A stretch of DNA of 63,298 bases, filler included, from Asterionella formosa (taxonomy: Eukaryota), in the NCBI GenBank assembly GCA_002256025.1. It is 15 parts of 15 records of this genome, joined end to end, with 100 filler letters (N's around TTAATTAATTAA, not from the genome) between each part and the next. Parts side by side here need not be neighbours in the genome. Positions count along the whole stretch, not along the records: positions 1 to 16,539 come from NKIB01004825.1; 14 more parts are not named here. One strand, written 5' to 3'. Position numbers and translations under genes: made by a program. Of the stretch, positions 1 through 11,000 are shown piece after piece (positions within the stretch are counted from its first letter, which is position 1; each line of letters begins with the position of its first letter). The notes under the pieces were generated by a model. That model had not been told where the DNA came from. It was given only the letters and a program-made list of their open reading frames with translations, and searched no databases.

Positions 1-292
1 TTGTTCATAGAGTACTACTAGTAGTGTGTTACCCAACCACAAAAGGAAACAGCATGCAGTGATCAGAAGTAAGTTTTTCGACTACTGCAGTCACAAATAA
101 TCCCCTGCAACACTGGCCTAGGAATAAATCGACATGAGGCAATCAAATGAATTGAGCTGCAGGACTTGCTTGTCTCTGCACCACTGTAACTTATTGACCA
201 AATTGAGTTGTTTTATTATCAATAGCTATAGTCCTTATAAACTGCATCAGTCATAATCTCCATCAACCCAGCCAATTCAGGCAACTTCTGCA

Positions 293-1537
293 TTACTTCG
301 ACTCTCTGTTTTGAATCACTCCAGCTTGATCTCTTTCAAACTGGCCTGCCTTACCCGACAGCTCCTTAAATGCCTGTTGTGCTTGTCCCCCTTCTTGATC
401 CACAAATATTTTTCGTGCCTTGACTCCATTGAATGCATTGCCTCGCAACTTGGTAGCAGCCGCTTGGACTTGCTGCTCTGTCTGGAGCACCACCTTGCCT
501 GCAAATTTCTCTCTCAACAAAAGTTGATCACTTTGAACAGGACACGAGTTGTCAGTGAGTGTAAAATCCTTGTCAAAATCGAAATTCACCTTGTTAGCCG
601 CTTCTCGAAGTCTTGGGAGGAGTGCGGGGGGTAATTTAGCATCTCTGGTATACACAAAGGCTCCGCCATATCCATCCCATGCATCGTTTGATCCACGGTA
701 GTACACAAAGCAAAAGGGTGGAACACCATCCTTGTTATTGTCCACAGCATAATCCAAAATGTACCAATCGTCTTTATAATGTAAGTATTCATTGTCATGA
801 TTGATCAAATGTCCTGGTTGCTTGGGGTCTTGAACAAATCGTTGCAGTGCATCTCTCGTGAAGAATTCCCCATCTGGTTCGTCGATTCTCCAATTCAACT
901 TTCCAAAGAATGTCCCAGGCGCTGTACTTGTAAAAAAGTGCACTTGACAATCAAAGATATCAAAAAGAGGATTCTGTCCTGCCGAAATGTACCATTGTCC
1001 ATTGAACAAATCGGTTGGAAAGGCTTGTACCAACTTGTCATTTGCGGGTATGGGGTAACTGTTGTCATCTTGCTTTTGTGGGACACAATCCATGTCACTG
1101 ACAGCGCACTTGTTAAATTCCCCCACCACGTCATTTTCAAACAAGTTGCCACATTCAATTTGACATGCCGTTTCTTGATCCCCCTTGGAGGCGCAAGTAT
1201 TGATGCAAATGACATTGAGCAAACACTTTGGATTGGCAACACATTTCAGCAAAGGGAGTTGGCATTTCTGAAAGAGACATCCAGCAATGGCAGCCCCATC
1301 AGATGCCATGGCGGGTGTGGCGACTGTGGTGGTTGTGAATGCCAATGTCACAGCGAGGAGTGTTGTGGAAATGGCGCGTGAGAAGGCGTTATTGTTGTTG
1401 TCGCCAGGGGAACGGCTCGCAGCCAATTGTGTCTTGTGCACCATGACATGCGGGTAATGTGTGGAAAAGGATGGAGCAAAGGCGAAACTGGAGGTGCTCC
1501 ACAGAGCGCTTAGTAACATCACTGTCATCATCGGCAT
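293..1537 (-). CDS. VDE: Violaxanthin/diadinoxanthin de-epoxidase, plastid (thylakoid lumen) targeted
   Basis: Cys-rich N-domain (CLFQKC...CVANPKC...CINTC...CQIECGNLF...CVPQ), lipocalin core FNGQWYISAGQNPLFDIFDCQVH, HDNEYLHYKDDWY, YYRGSNDAWDGYGGA. Signal peptide ends SSFA|FAP, followed by a second hydrophobic lumen-type signal (LLAVTLAF...AMA). The ORF opens at 1618; ATG 1537 or one of the next Mets fits the signal peptide better. Confidence 0.95.
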   Translation of the reverse strand: MPMMTVMLLSALWSTSSFAFAPSFSTHYPHVMVHKTQLAASRSPGDNNNNAFSRAISTTLLAVTLAFTTTTVATPAMASDGAAIAGCLFQKCQLPLLKCVANPKCLLNVICINTCASKGDQETACQIECGNLFENDVVGEFNKCAVSDMDCVPQKQDDNSYPIPANDKLVQAFPTDLFNGQWYISAGQNPLFDIFDCQVHFFTSTAPGTFFGKLNWRIDEPDGEFFTRDALQRFVQDPKQPGHLINHDNEYLHYKDDWYILDYAVDNNKDGVPPFCFVYYRGSNDAWDGYGGAFVYTRDAKLPPALLPRLREAANKVNFDFDKDFTLTDNSCPVQSDQLLLREKFAGKVVLQTEQQVQAAATKLRGNAFNGVKARKIFVDQEGGQAQQAFKELSGKAGQFERDQAGVIQNRESK

Positions 1538-2089
1538 CTTCAGAGTTGGCGACCTATTATTTGCATTTGCGCTTGCACTTGCTTTTGCATTTCTGCTGCA
1601 GCTAGATGGTAAAGTCATAACGGTGTGGTAGTTGGTGACTCCTCTACTTGCTCTCTGATGGACCTGACTACTGGTACTGGTAGTTCTACTTATTTAATAT
1701 ATGTATCAACTCTTTCGAGTGAGGATCGATGGAGATGATGAGTTTTTGATCTGTAAGTGTTTTCAATCAGGACTGCTTTTTACACATGATGATCTTATAG
1801 CTACTGGTACCTGTTCCCTTGTACCCCTACTCCGTACGTACCTGAACAAGGTAATACATAGGCATCAGCACTGCCATCAATTACGTACATGGGTCCTTCT
1901 TGTATAGATACACCAATATATACATTCACATATTCGAATAGATTTGACATCATGTTGTGGCATGTAGAATTTTAGGATGGCATCAGCAAATGTGCCAACA
2001 CAGCAGCACCACACCCAGAATGAGGATACTGTAGTATGTACAGAACATGCATACGCACGTATCCGGAAGAAGGATACGTAAATCTGGAG

Positions 2090-2700
2090 TACTGGCACCT
2101 GGTACCGTACTACACTACCTGGTACCAGGTACCAGCACAACCACAGGAATGACGTTGATCGAAGTAGTCAAATATCATTACATTGTGCGGTCCTCCTTGG
2201 TGCGTGGTTGGTGGTTGGCTGTCGTTGCTGATGCATGACGAGGGGTCAGTAGTACGTACCTGGTACCAGTTACACCTGCCTTGCTTGGTACCAGGTTGTC
2301 ACTCCTTTTTACCCCCCCCCCCAGCAACCGCCAGAGTCAAACTCACCAACCAAAACTTGCCCTACAGAAAGTACTGCACTACCCACCCAGCCACTGGTAC
2401 CCTGGTACCTAGTCGATACCAGTCGGGAAGAGACAATGACCCCCCATGGCAAACAGCACCAGCCAGCCAGTACGTACCGTTCCCTTGTCACTACCGGCAC
2501 CTAGCTAGCTATAGAGACCAGAATAATGAAGTACTCGGAGTATCGGTACCTGGTACCAGGTACCAAACAACCGGTAAATGGTACCAGGTACACTGGTACC
2601 TCGTACCCTGGTACCGATAGTCAAGCAGGGAAGCACCACTTGGTGTACCAGTGCCAGGTGCTACCATACCCCCTGGCACTGGTACCGGAATGTATTCTCG
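2090..2700. repeat. Dense cluster of GGTACC / (GGTACCW)n palindromic motifs in the VDE-ZEP spacer
   Basis: 14 GGTACC copies counted between 2101 and 2686. Perfect 20-bp palindrome GGTACCTGGTACCAGGTACC at 2545-2564. TATCGGTACC (2541-2550) is the reverse complement of GGTACCGATA (2610-2619). Confidence 0.9.
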
Positions 2701-3599
2701 GCATCTGCCTCTTCTGCTACACCTCCTCGGGGAAATGACCTCAGACAAACTACTACCGGTCGACATCATGCTGAAGAACAACCAGGGGTACATGTCACTC
2801 TTTCATCCTGACGACGTGGTCGATGATATACCGGTATTTGTATGTATGTTCAAACATACAAACGTATTTCTACATGTGTATAAACAGTAGGCACTAGGAC
2901 ATTCTATGCTGTTTTGTTGGCTCGTGGCTAATGAATGGTGGTGACCAGCCAGCCAAAGGGCAATACAAATAGATTTGCATCAGTGTCCATCAACGCACCA
3001 CTTCCTGATGAATCTCTGCTTCGTCACATTGTTTCTAGTACCTCGTATATACTCTGTACTAGTGATGTGTTTTGACAGCGGCTCCGTCAGACATATTGAC
3101 TTCATACATGAGTACCGGTATGTAAGTTGGATGACAACTATATGTACCACAGTATGTGGATGAATGATTCATGGTGTAGAAGAAACATACATGTCGAATG
3201 TACACCATACATAGAATTATGATATTTCCTCACCCCCCCATTTGTAGTGCGTATGGCAACTTATATATCGTTTATTGATACATTGATATATTGAATCTTT
3301 GTTGCGTTTGTTCGCCTACATACGTACGAGAATGAGAATCATCACCGCCGCTGGAAGTTTACTATGATAGTTAGTACACGGTGTACAGAAATTCTAGACT
3401 CGAGTACCGTTACCGGTACCATCCTCAGAAAGAATACCAGTACATGTATGTACCGGTCGTAAGGATGGCAATCCACCAACTTCTTCATCCATATTTTTTT
3501 TTAAATTGGCTGTCGATTGTTCATTGTTGTTTGCTTTCCCCACTCCTTCATTCACTAAATATATACTACCGGTATACTATTGATTGATCCGTCGGAATC

Positions 3600-5382
3600 A
3601 TGGCATCTCTTGGGTTTGTATCAGCCTTTCTGGTGTTGCTAGTGGCGATGCCGAGTGCCACAAAGGCATTCGTCTCGCCATCAAAGATGCGAACCAGGTG
3701 AGACTATAACGGAAATCTCTTTGCATTATATAGTTCATATTGTGTTTCGTGTGCTGCACCAAGAAAACAAAGGAGAAACTATGAAATAATGGCCTATAAT
3801 ACTTTTTCATCAACTAACCCATTTTGGGCTTCACAATCAACTTTCTCTTATATTATCCTACGAAAGTGGAATGGCATCTCGCTTATTCCTCTCCACCACC
3901 ACACCCACTACTACTAGTACTACTACGTCTCCAGATGTTATTGACAAGGAACATCCACTAGTTGTTGTTATTGCTGGAGCTGGTGTTGGTGGATTAGCAT
4001 TGGCAAATGTGTTGCAACATTCGTGTCGTGTGGTACTATTGGAACGGACAGAAGAATTTAAACGATTTGGTGGTCCCATTCAATTGGCATCGAATGCATT
4101 GCAAATTATTAAAACCATGGATGGACACGTCTATGACAAAATTATGAAAGAATTTACATTTACTGGTGACAAGGAAAATGGAATTAAAGATGGCATTCGT
4201 GATGAATGGTATGCGAAATTTGATTTAGCAACACCAGCTAAGGAACGGGATATGCCATATACTGGAGTTATTGATAGACCAGATTTGCAAGATATATATA
4301 TCAAATCCTTGGCACCTGGGATATTGCAAAATGGTGATGGCGTTGTGGGGTATACCAAAAATCCAAATGGAGGGGTGGCTGTGAAATGTGCGTCTGGAAA
4401 GATTGTGCAGGGGGATGTTTTAATTGGAGCTGATGGGATTTGGAGCAATGTACGATCGGCAATGAGAAATGAACCAAGTAAAGGAGAAGGGAGTGGAGCA
4501 AGTTACTCGGGATATACAGTCTTTGCTGGTGAATTGGCATATGCGTCATTTGATAATGGCCAAGTTGGTTACAAGGTTTACATTGGACCACAGCAATACT
4601 TTGTCATTACTGACATTGGGAAAGGAAATTACCAGTGGTACGCATTCTTGGCCAAGCCTGCAGGTTCTGCGGAACTGGAAGAAAAACCAAATGGCTCCTC
4701 CTTGTACCTCCAAGATGTCTTTACAGGATGGTCTCCGGACATTCACCATATCCTCAAGGCCACCAAGGAGCACGAGATTCAGCAGCGAGACTTGTACGAC
4801 CGTCCCCCATCTGTCATAAAGCCATGGACAGATGAATCAGTGGCCCTCTTGGGAGATTCCATTCATGCCATGATGCCCAATTTGGGACAAGGAGGATGTC
4901 AGGCCATTGAAGATGCTATGGTATTGGCACAAGAGTTGCAGTCAGCAACAAAGAGGTCAGACGTGCCTGCAAAATTGGCGACATACCGATCCAGGCGACT
5001 GGTACGATCGGCAGCAGTGCAAGGGTTGAGTAGATTTGCATCTGACATCATTATTCGAGGATTTGACACACCAGCAAAGATTGTCTTTGAGAACGGTGTG
5101 CAGTTTCAAAACTTTAATTATGCCGGCATTGTTACCAAGATGCTGCAACCCATTTTGCCAATATTCTTTAATGTGCAATTCAACTTTTTGTACGAAGGGT
5201 GGAAAAATGAAGGCATTGATATTGGGGCCAGTTTTGGATTCGTTTTCATTGGTGGATTCATTTTGTTGTTGGGAGCTGGGTCTATTGGAGAAGCGGGCTT
5301 GTTAGGTGGTCTTGGATTGGAGTCTCTTTTGGGTGGGGAAGGCTTGGAGGCCTTGTTTGCATCCCTTCGTGAATTTATTTAG
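3600..5382 (+). CDS. ZEP: Zeaxanthin/diatoxanthin epoxidase (ZEP3-type), join(3600..3697,3867..5382)
   Basis: FAD monooxygenase motifs IAGAGVGGL, GGPIQLASNAL, LIGADGIWS, LLGDSIHAMMPNLGQGGCQAIED. C-terminal hydrophobic helix, no FHA domain. Exon 1 (MASLGFVSAFLVLLVAMPSATKA|FVSP) splices in frame through intron 3698-3866 (GTGAG...ACTAAC at 3813...AAG). Confidence 0.93.
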
Positions 5383-6869
5383 TCAATCACTCATTACTAC
5401 AGGAGAAATATTGTGATCCAGATGTGCAATGTACCAGTCGGTTTAGTGATTTGAATACCCTGAATGCATAAACACAGTAGTTTTTAATAGCTTTGTTTTT
5501 TGTTGCTTCATCATTTCACTCATGGTCATGCTCAAAAGTATTTGAGATTTGTTTAAATATGATGATAATGTTCGCTGACTAAAGCAATCGGAAATCTGAA
5601 CACAATTTATTCGTGGTTCTATCAAGCCGAGGTTTTCATACAGCAACTCCATCTAGTTTTGTAAAATGCAATGGATGAAGCATCGGGCGGGTCCCTGACT
5701 GGCCCAAATGATGCATCACAAGGATGCACACAACAAAGTTGGGTGGATAAGTCAGATGCAAACTGTAATAGCCGATGTTGCAGGAGGAGGAGCAATGGTG
5801 TCATGCTTACACCCGAAGCCAGGCAATTAATTATCTTGGCAGCATAGTGGTGGTCGATGTTCTGTTATCTACCATGATGCCTGAGGGGTAAACAGCACCA
5901 TCTACAATACAGCGGTCAGAGTTTACCGACTACACAGCTTTGATTTCCCGCATTAAGAAGTGGTTATCATCATCTGGAACAAAAGATCCAAATCATGATC
6001 TGATTCAAACAGCAATCATCCTCTTGGAGAAGCAAAAGGTAAAAACAATAACCTACCATGTCATCAACGCACATCACAAACATGCAAAAAGTGATTTTTG
6101 AGCTGGTCGATTAGAAGGCACACAAACATGCAAGCACTCAAATCAAAGGACAACAATTGCTGTCTCTACGCATAAAAACACGAAGAGAAAATTTAAGTTT
6201 TAAAGAAACCAATAATTACAAATATTGCAGGGTTGAAACAAATGCTAACACGATGGCATCGAAAAGGAAATTTTAATTTTTCTTTCTAATTCTCCCAAGC
6301 AATTTCCATTGTCGTTTTGGTGTATTTCTCATTGTTATGCAATCCACCTGATTACACAGTGTGTCAATATGTTTGCTGCTAGTTGACGAATGTTCTGACA
6401 ACTGTGACACCTGGTGCCTTAACTCTTTAATTTCCTGAGAATTGTCAGTGACTTCATTGTTCTTCTTTGCTTCATGAGGTTCCACAAATATCAGTCCACC
6501 ATCACTGGATACATTTGTATTCATGCAATCTATTTTCTTCTTCAATGCCTTTGTGTTCTGTTCATTTTTGACTTGCGCTGCATGGGTATCACTCAACTTC
6601 TTCTCTTGAGCTGCATGTGAGGCTCTCAATTCCTCTAGAGCCTCAACCGTCTTGGCAAGAGCCTCAACTACTATACTAGGCTCTGTTGCTAACACTTTCC
6701 TAGTACTGGCATTGTTTCCGTCATTGGAGCCATGTTTTGTGGTGTCCTGGGATTGTGCGACTGGTCCATTTCCAATTGTGCTATGCAGCTCCTTCGCAAG
6801 TTCAAACTTTGGTAGATCCCAGACTTGTTCAATAGTCATGTTCAAGGTTGTTGCTGCAAGGGCTTCATA

Positions 6870-9736
6870 CATCTAAACCGCGAAATACGCCATTTTTCGA
6901 AATTTCATTTACGTAGGAGTGTTAATGATGGGGTACTTGACAAGAATTCATGCCACTCTTCCCTTAAAAAAGGTTACTTTTAACGGTCTCATGTGAAGTT
7001 TTCACAATGAACTTTGAACTTGAGACTGAATTAGTTGATGTTTCAAATAATTCATTTCTAAGTTCAACTAATATCCTGCTCTCGTGGCTAATTCATTTAC
7101 TACATGCATCTTTATTTGTGAAATAGTAAGAATATTTGTGGTGTCTTCTTTCATGCATGGACAATCTACAGTTTATAGTTGTGCACTTCATGTAAATAAT
7201 ATGAACTATTATAGTGAACAAGACTTCTCTTCGAGGTTTTCATGTGATGGTTCAGAATCATACAGTGATTTCCAAGGAAAAAGAGTTGATGTTACAACTA
7301 CATATTTTAAAGTTCAAGATAAAATTGTTTTAGAGGATAAATCATTGCGAAAGACAACTCAAGTAATGTATGATACATATGCCGAGAAGGTATGAATCAG
7401 CCAAGAAAGACAGCGAAAAGAGTTTTCGCCATCCTCATGCACCAAATTGACGCACCATAAACATCGCCGGTGTAGGCTGAAGTAAGTGCGCATTGTCAAT
7501 GTAAAATTGGCAAATTGATCTTGCACTACACCAAAGCAACGCCAACTCGAGAGAGTGTCCTTCAGCGCTTATCAGAAGCACTCAGCACTCATGCGACGAT
7601 AGCTAACCAAGTTAAGTACTGGTACAAGCAGCCCGAGTGCATGTTGTTGTCTTGCGCTGTGTAGTGGCTCAGTTGTTCTAACCCCTTGGCGCTTTTTTCC
7701 CTCAAATAATCCATCTGTACTCACGATTGGTAGATTGATTATCACAGCAAGGATTGCAGTCATTGGACGCACGCTTAGTCAAAGTGGCCCTGCTGCAGAA
7801 TTAAAACTTTCCATTTTCAAACCAGGTTACAACAACTTGGGCAACGAAGGTATGTTCTAATACATTGGATGTCGGGATTTCAGTACACTGCGCTTTGGGA
7901 TCGTTGGATCTTGGATTCAACCAAGTCGGCGATGATGGGATTAGATCATAGGCACGTGCTTTGTTTGGCTCTGCCTTGCATATGCACTACAGGAAGAAGG
8001 AGCCATGGCGTTGGCTGATGGGATCAGGAGAGGCTACACTGTGACCAAACCGTATTTGACTGGAAACCGCCGATTAGGGCCAGATGGAGTGATTTCCTGA
8101 GTAACAGAAGCCATTCTAGAAGATGAACTGAGAAGGAGAAAAACCTCATATGGATTCAATGACACTTGAGGGATCCAGGAGCTCTTTTCAGGCGGAACAA
8201 GCATGGGACCAATGGGTTGCCACGCAGAGTCTACAATGCTCTGAATGTACGAATCACACAGAATTGAGGAAGACACAACAGAATAAATTTTCATCATGCG
8301 AGTGGATTGGTTAACTCATCAGTTGATTGTTTTCAATATAAAATCCAGGCGTACTTTTTTACTATAGTAGGACAAGGCTAATGGTAGATCTTCCAGCCAG
8401 TGTATGTGCAATGAGGAGTAACTATATGTCCTCTACCTCTCGTTATATTTGTTCAAGTCACACTTGTAGCCTCAAAAATTTGTCCCAACAAAATTCTTAG
8501 CAAGAATGCGCCAGATTTCTTCGTGCAGATTGTAGGTTCTGTTGGTACAAAGAGGAAGTCATGGCTGCGCCAGGATTTTTGCCCCTCTGAATTCATAAAA
8601 ACAACAACATTCAACACCACTGTGAACAATTTATTTTCAACATTGGGACAAACCTTACAACTAGCATCCCCCTTCCAGATTTTCAGCTGCCTTACTATAA
8701 ACAAATCTGTTATCAGCGCACATATGGTTTGTTGCACCAACAAAAGGTGGAATGATGCAACATTTAGATGGTCCACAATGGATGCTTTTAAGGTAAGATT
8801 ATTTTGCTTGCTATTTTTGCTATCATATCAACAAGCGAAGGATAACTCATAATGATATGTTGCTGTTCTTAACATTCTTTCGACATTTCAACAGGCCTCT
8901 TCAGAAAAGGAATGTTCTTTTGAAAGCAGGAGTGATTGAAGGTGAAATGATGCAATATGGAGAACCGCAATGGAAGATTTTACTAAGGTAAGCTTAATCC
9001 TCAGTTTTTGTCATCATATCAGCAAATCGAGAGATAAATCACACGCTTTTGTTATTGTTCTCTACATTTATTTTACATTTTAGCCGTCCATTTCACAACA
9101 GGAACATTCTTTTGAATGCATCAGTGAGTTGCGGAGCCTGCCTTGAGGCTAATGCCGGTGTCTTGCGGTCAATTTGACTGCTCCGTGAAACATTTGAATA
9201 GCACATGTGTGTGTTGATTTCTGCTGTTGCTGGTTCTATTAAATGAATTACTGACACCCTGCCTGTTGTTATGTAATTCTTTGCAGGTCAATGAAGAAGT
9301 CATTTCAAGGATAACAAGAAGGAAGCCAGTGTGATGCATTCCTGTTGCAATTTCGCAACATGATGCCTCGTCAAGAATGAATAATTTTTTCATTCAGAAT
9401 GAATGGCTTCTGTTTGTCTTGCATTGTCCTTACAGATGTCTCATTATGCCTGTCTTCTCAAGACTGAAGATGCAATTCTGAAAGAACTGCTTTGTTTGAT
9501 TGCATATCGAGTTGAAGTATTTCAAATAATTATGTGAAGGTGATCACGTAATATAGTGATGTTCAGGAATGTAGTATGCATGATACTCTGATCAAATAAT
9601 TAATGTGATGTATTCAGATATTATATAGATATATTTAAGTAAGCATTTGATATAATCAACTAATTCATGTGATCCATTCAAAATCAAGTAGGCTTATTTA
9701 CGTGATGGTAACTTAACGTAATACGCGGCTTAGATG
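6870..9736. mobile_element. Non-autonomous TIR DNA transposon with TA target duplication
   Basis: Left end CATCTAAACCGCGAAATACG (6870), right end CGTAATACGCGGCTTAGATG (ends 9736), 17/20 inverted match. TA at 6868-6869 and 9737-9738. No intact transposase seen inside. Confidence 0.85.
7780..8100 (+). pseudogene. Degenerate RNI-like leucine-rich-repeat fragment inside the transposon
   Basis: Manual translation gives GYNNLGNEG, LGSLDLGFNQVGDDGIRS*, EEGAMALADGIRRGYTVTKPYLTGN, with stops and frame changes between them. Confidence 0.75.
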
Positions 9737-10424
9737 TATAACTTAATATCATCCTTTTCGTTTTCCTGCAGAACAAGCATCAAGAAAAGAGGAGTACCTT
9801 CACCTGGTTTCATGATATGGGCTAGGGCACAGTTAGCCATGTCACTACCCCTTGCTTTCCTTACTGGGGACATTGTTTGGTTCGGCTAGCAACTTCAACA
9901 TGTACTTTTTTATCGCCCCAAAATCCTTGTCGCTATCTTCAAAGGCTTTGTTGTTGTACAATATACACTTGTTGAACAGGGCACGTACCATCACTCTTGC
10001 AAAGCGCTCTACTTCACACCGGAATGTCCCATGGAGACCATTTGTTTTCAGAGATGCTAGAGTAGCAAAGTTGGCAAGAGCATTAGCATCGCCCAAGCAC
10101 TGCTCACGCATTGCTTTCATTTGGAGGATCACCTGCAAGAAGGAACCAATTCCGTCACTAAAGGGAAGAAGAACATTTCTCTTTGCCACTTCAATAATTT
10201 CAGCAACGTGTTCACCAATGTTCATTGTCTTGACAACCCCATCTCCATTTTTTAATGCGAAGGACTATGGAGCGGATAGACACACCACTTCCCTCCACTA
10301 CCATGTTTGAAGAAAGATTCCCACAAGCACCGATCATAGAGTTAAGTTTCCGTACAAGGAGCACATAAAACTCGCTGTATATCTTGCCATTAAGAATGGC
10401 AAGTCTTTCTCTTTCTAACTCTCT

Positions 10425-11000
10425 CTCCCCCCCCCACATTGCCATCTTTTGTTTGAGATGTGTTTGATCCCATCTCGTCAAAAAAGGAGCCTGTCAGGAC
10501 AAATCAAATTATACTTTGACTGGAGCCCCAAGAATGCATCCGTTTCATCAAGTACCACTACTCCTTCTTTATTCAACCATTCCTTATTTTGGAATTCAGC
10601 AGCAATCCCTCCCGCAACCATCTCCTTGTACGCACACTTGCTCATACATTGCTTCAAAATTATTGTAAGTGCACCGTGCACCAATCTGGTCGCTTGTTTT
10701 CAAATTTGACACCTAGTTTAGCAATCACTAACTCTTCGTTCCTTTTTATGAACCCTCTCCAGTAACCCATTCCAAGTTTCTGATTTTTATTACATCGGTA
10801 TGCAGAAGAATGTGATTGTCTCCATGAATTGACGCTGTCTCCTATTTTGGTTCCAGATATTAGGGAGTTGGAAAGATGAAGACTGTCATTGACAGATATA
10901 GGATTTCGCATTTGGGCAAGTTGAGGAATCAACTCCACCATGTACGGTTCTATTGCAAGTATCTGGCTTACCCTTCCATGTTGGTGCCCCATTTTTGGTG
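10425..11000 (-). mobile_element. Degenerate pogo/Tc1-mariner-like transposase fragment
   Basis: Frameshifted pieces LGMGYWRGFIKRN (resembles the end of a CENP-B-type HTH), KFENKRPDWCT, MVAGGIA, then PDRLLF/DEMGSNTSQTKDGNVGG (resembles the first catalytic Asp block). Confidence 0.7.

Larger units (their letters stand above)
6273..10260 (-). pseudogene. Unknown gene with coiled-coil C-terminus, split by a 2.87-kb transposon and a frameshift
   Basis: ORF 9845-10225, the segment 9739-9846 (SDMANCALAH...ENEKDDIKL, after a +1 shift in a GGGG run) and ORF 6273-6869 (YEALAATTLN...) join in frame when 6870-9738 is removed. The 5' limit is uncertain. Confidence 0.7.

Noticed and set aside
1877..2890. 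Short ORFs rich in YLVPGT/GTRYQ in the VDE-ZEP spacer
   Set aside because: They are translations of the GGTACC palindromic repeat, appear on both strands and show no protein-like features.
6867..9739. Alternative boundaries ACATCT...AGATGT with an AT target duplication
   Set aside because: That empty site gives TTA TGA (stop, out of frame). The TA model restores the host frame.
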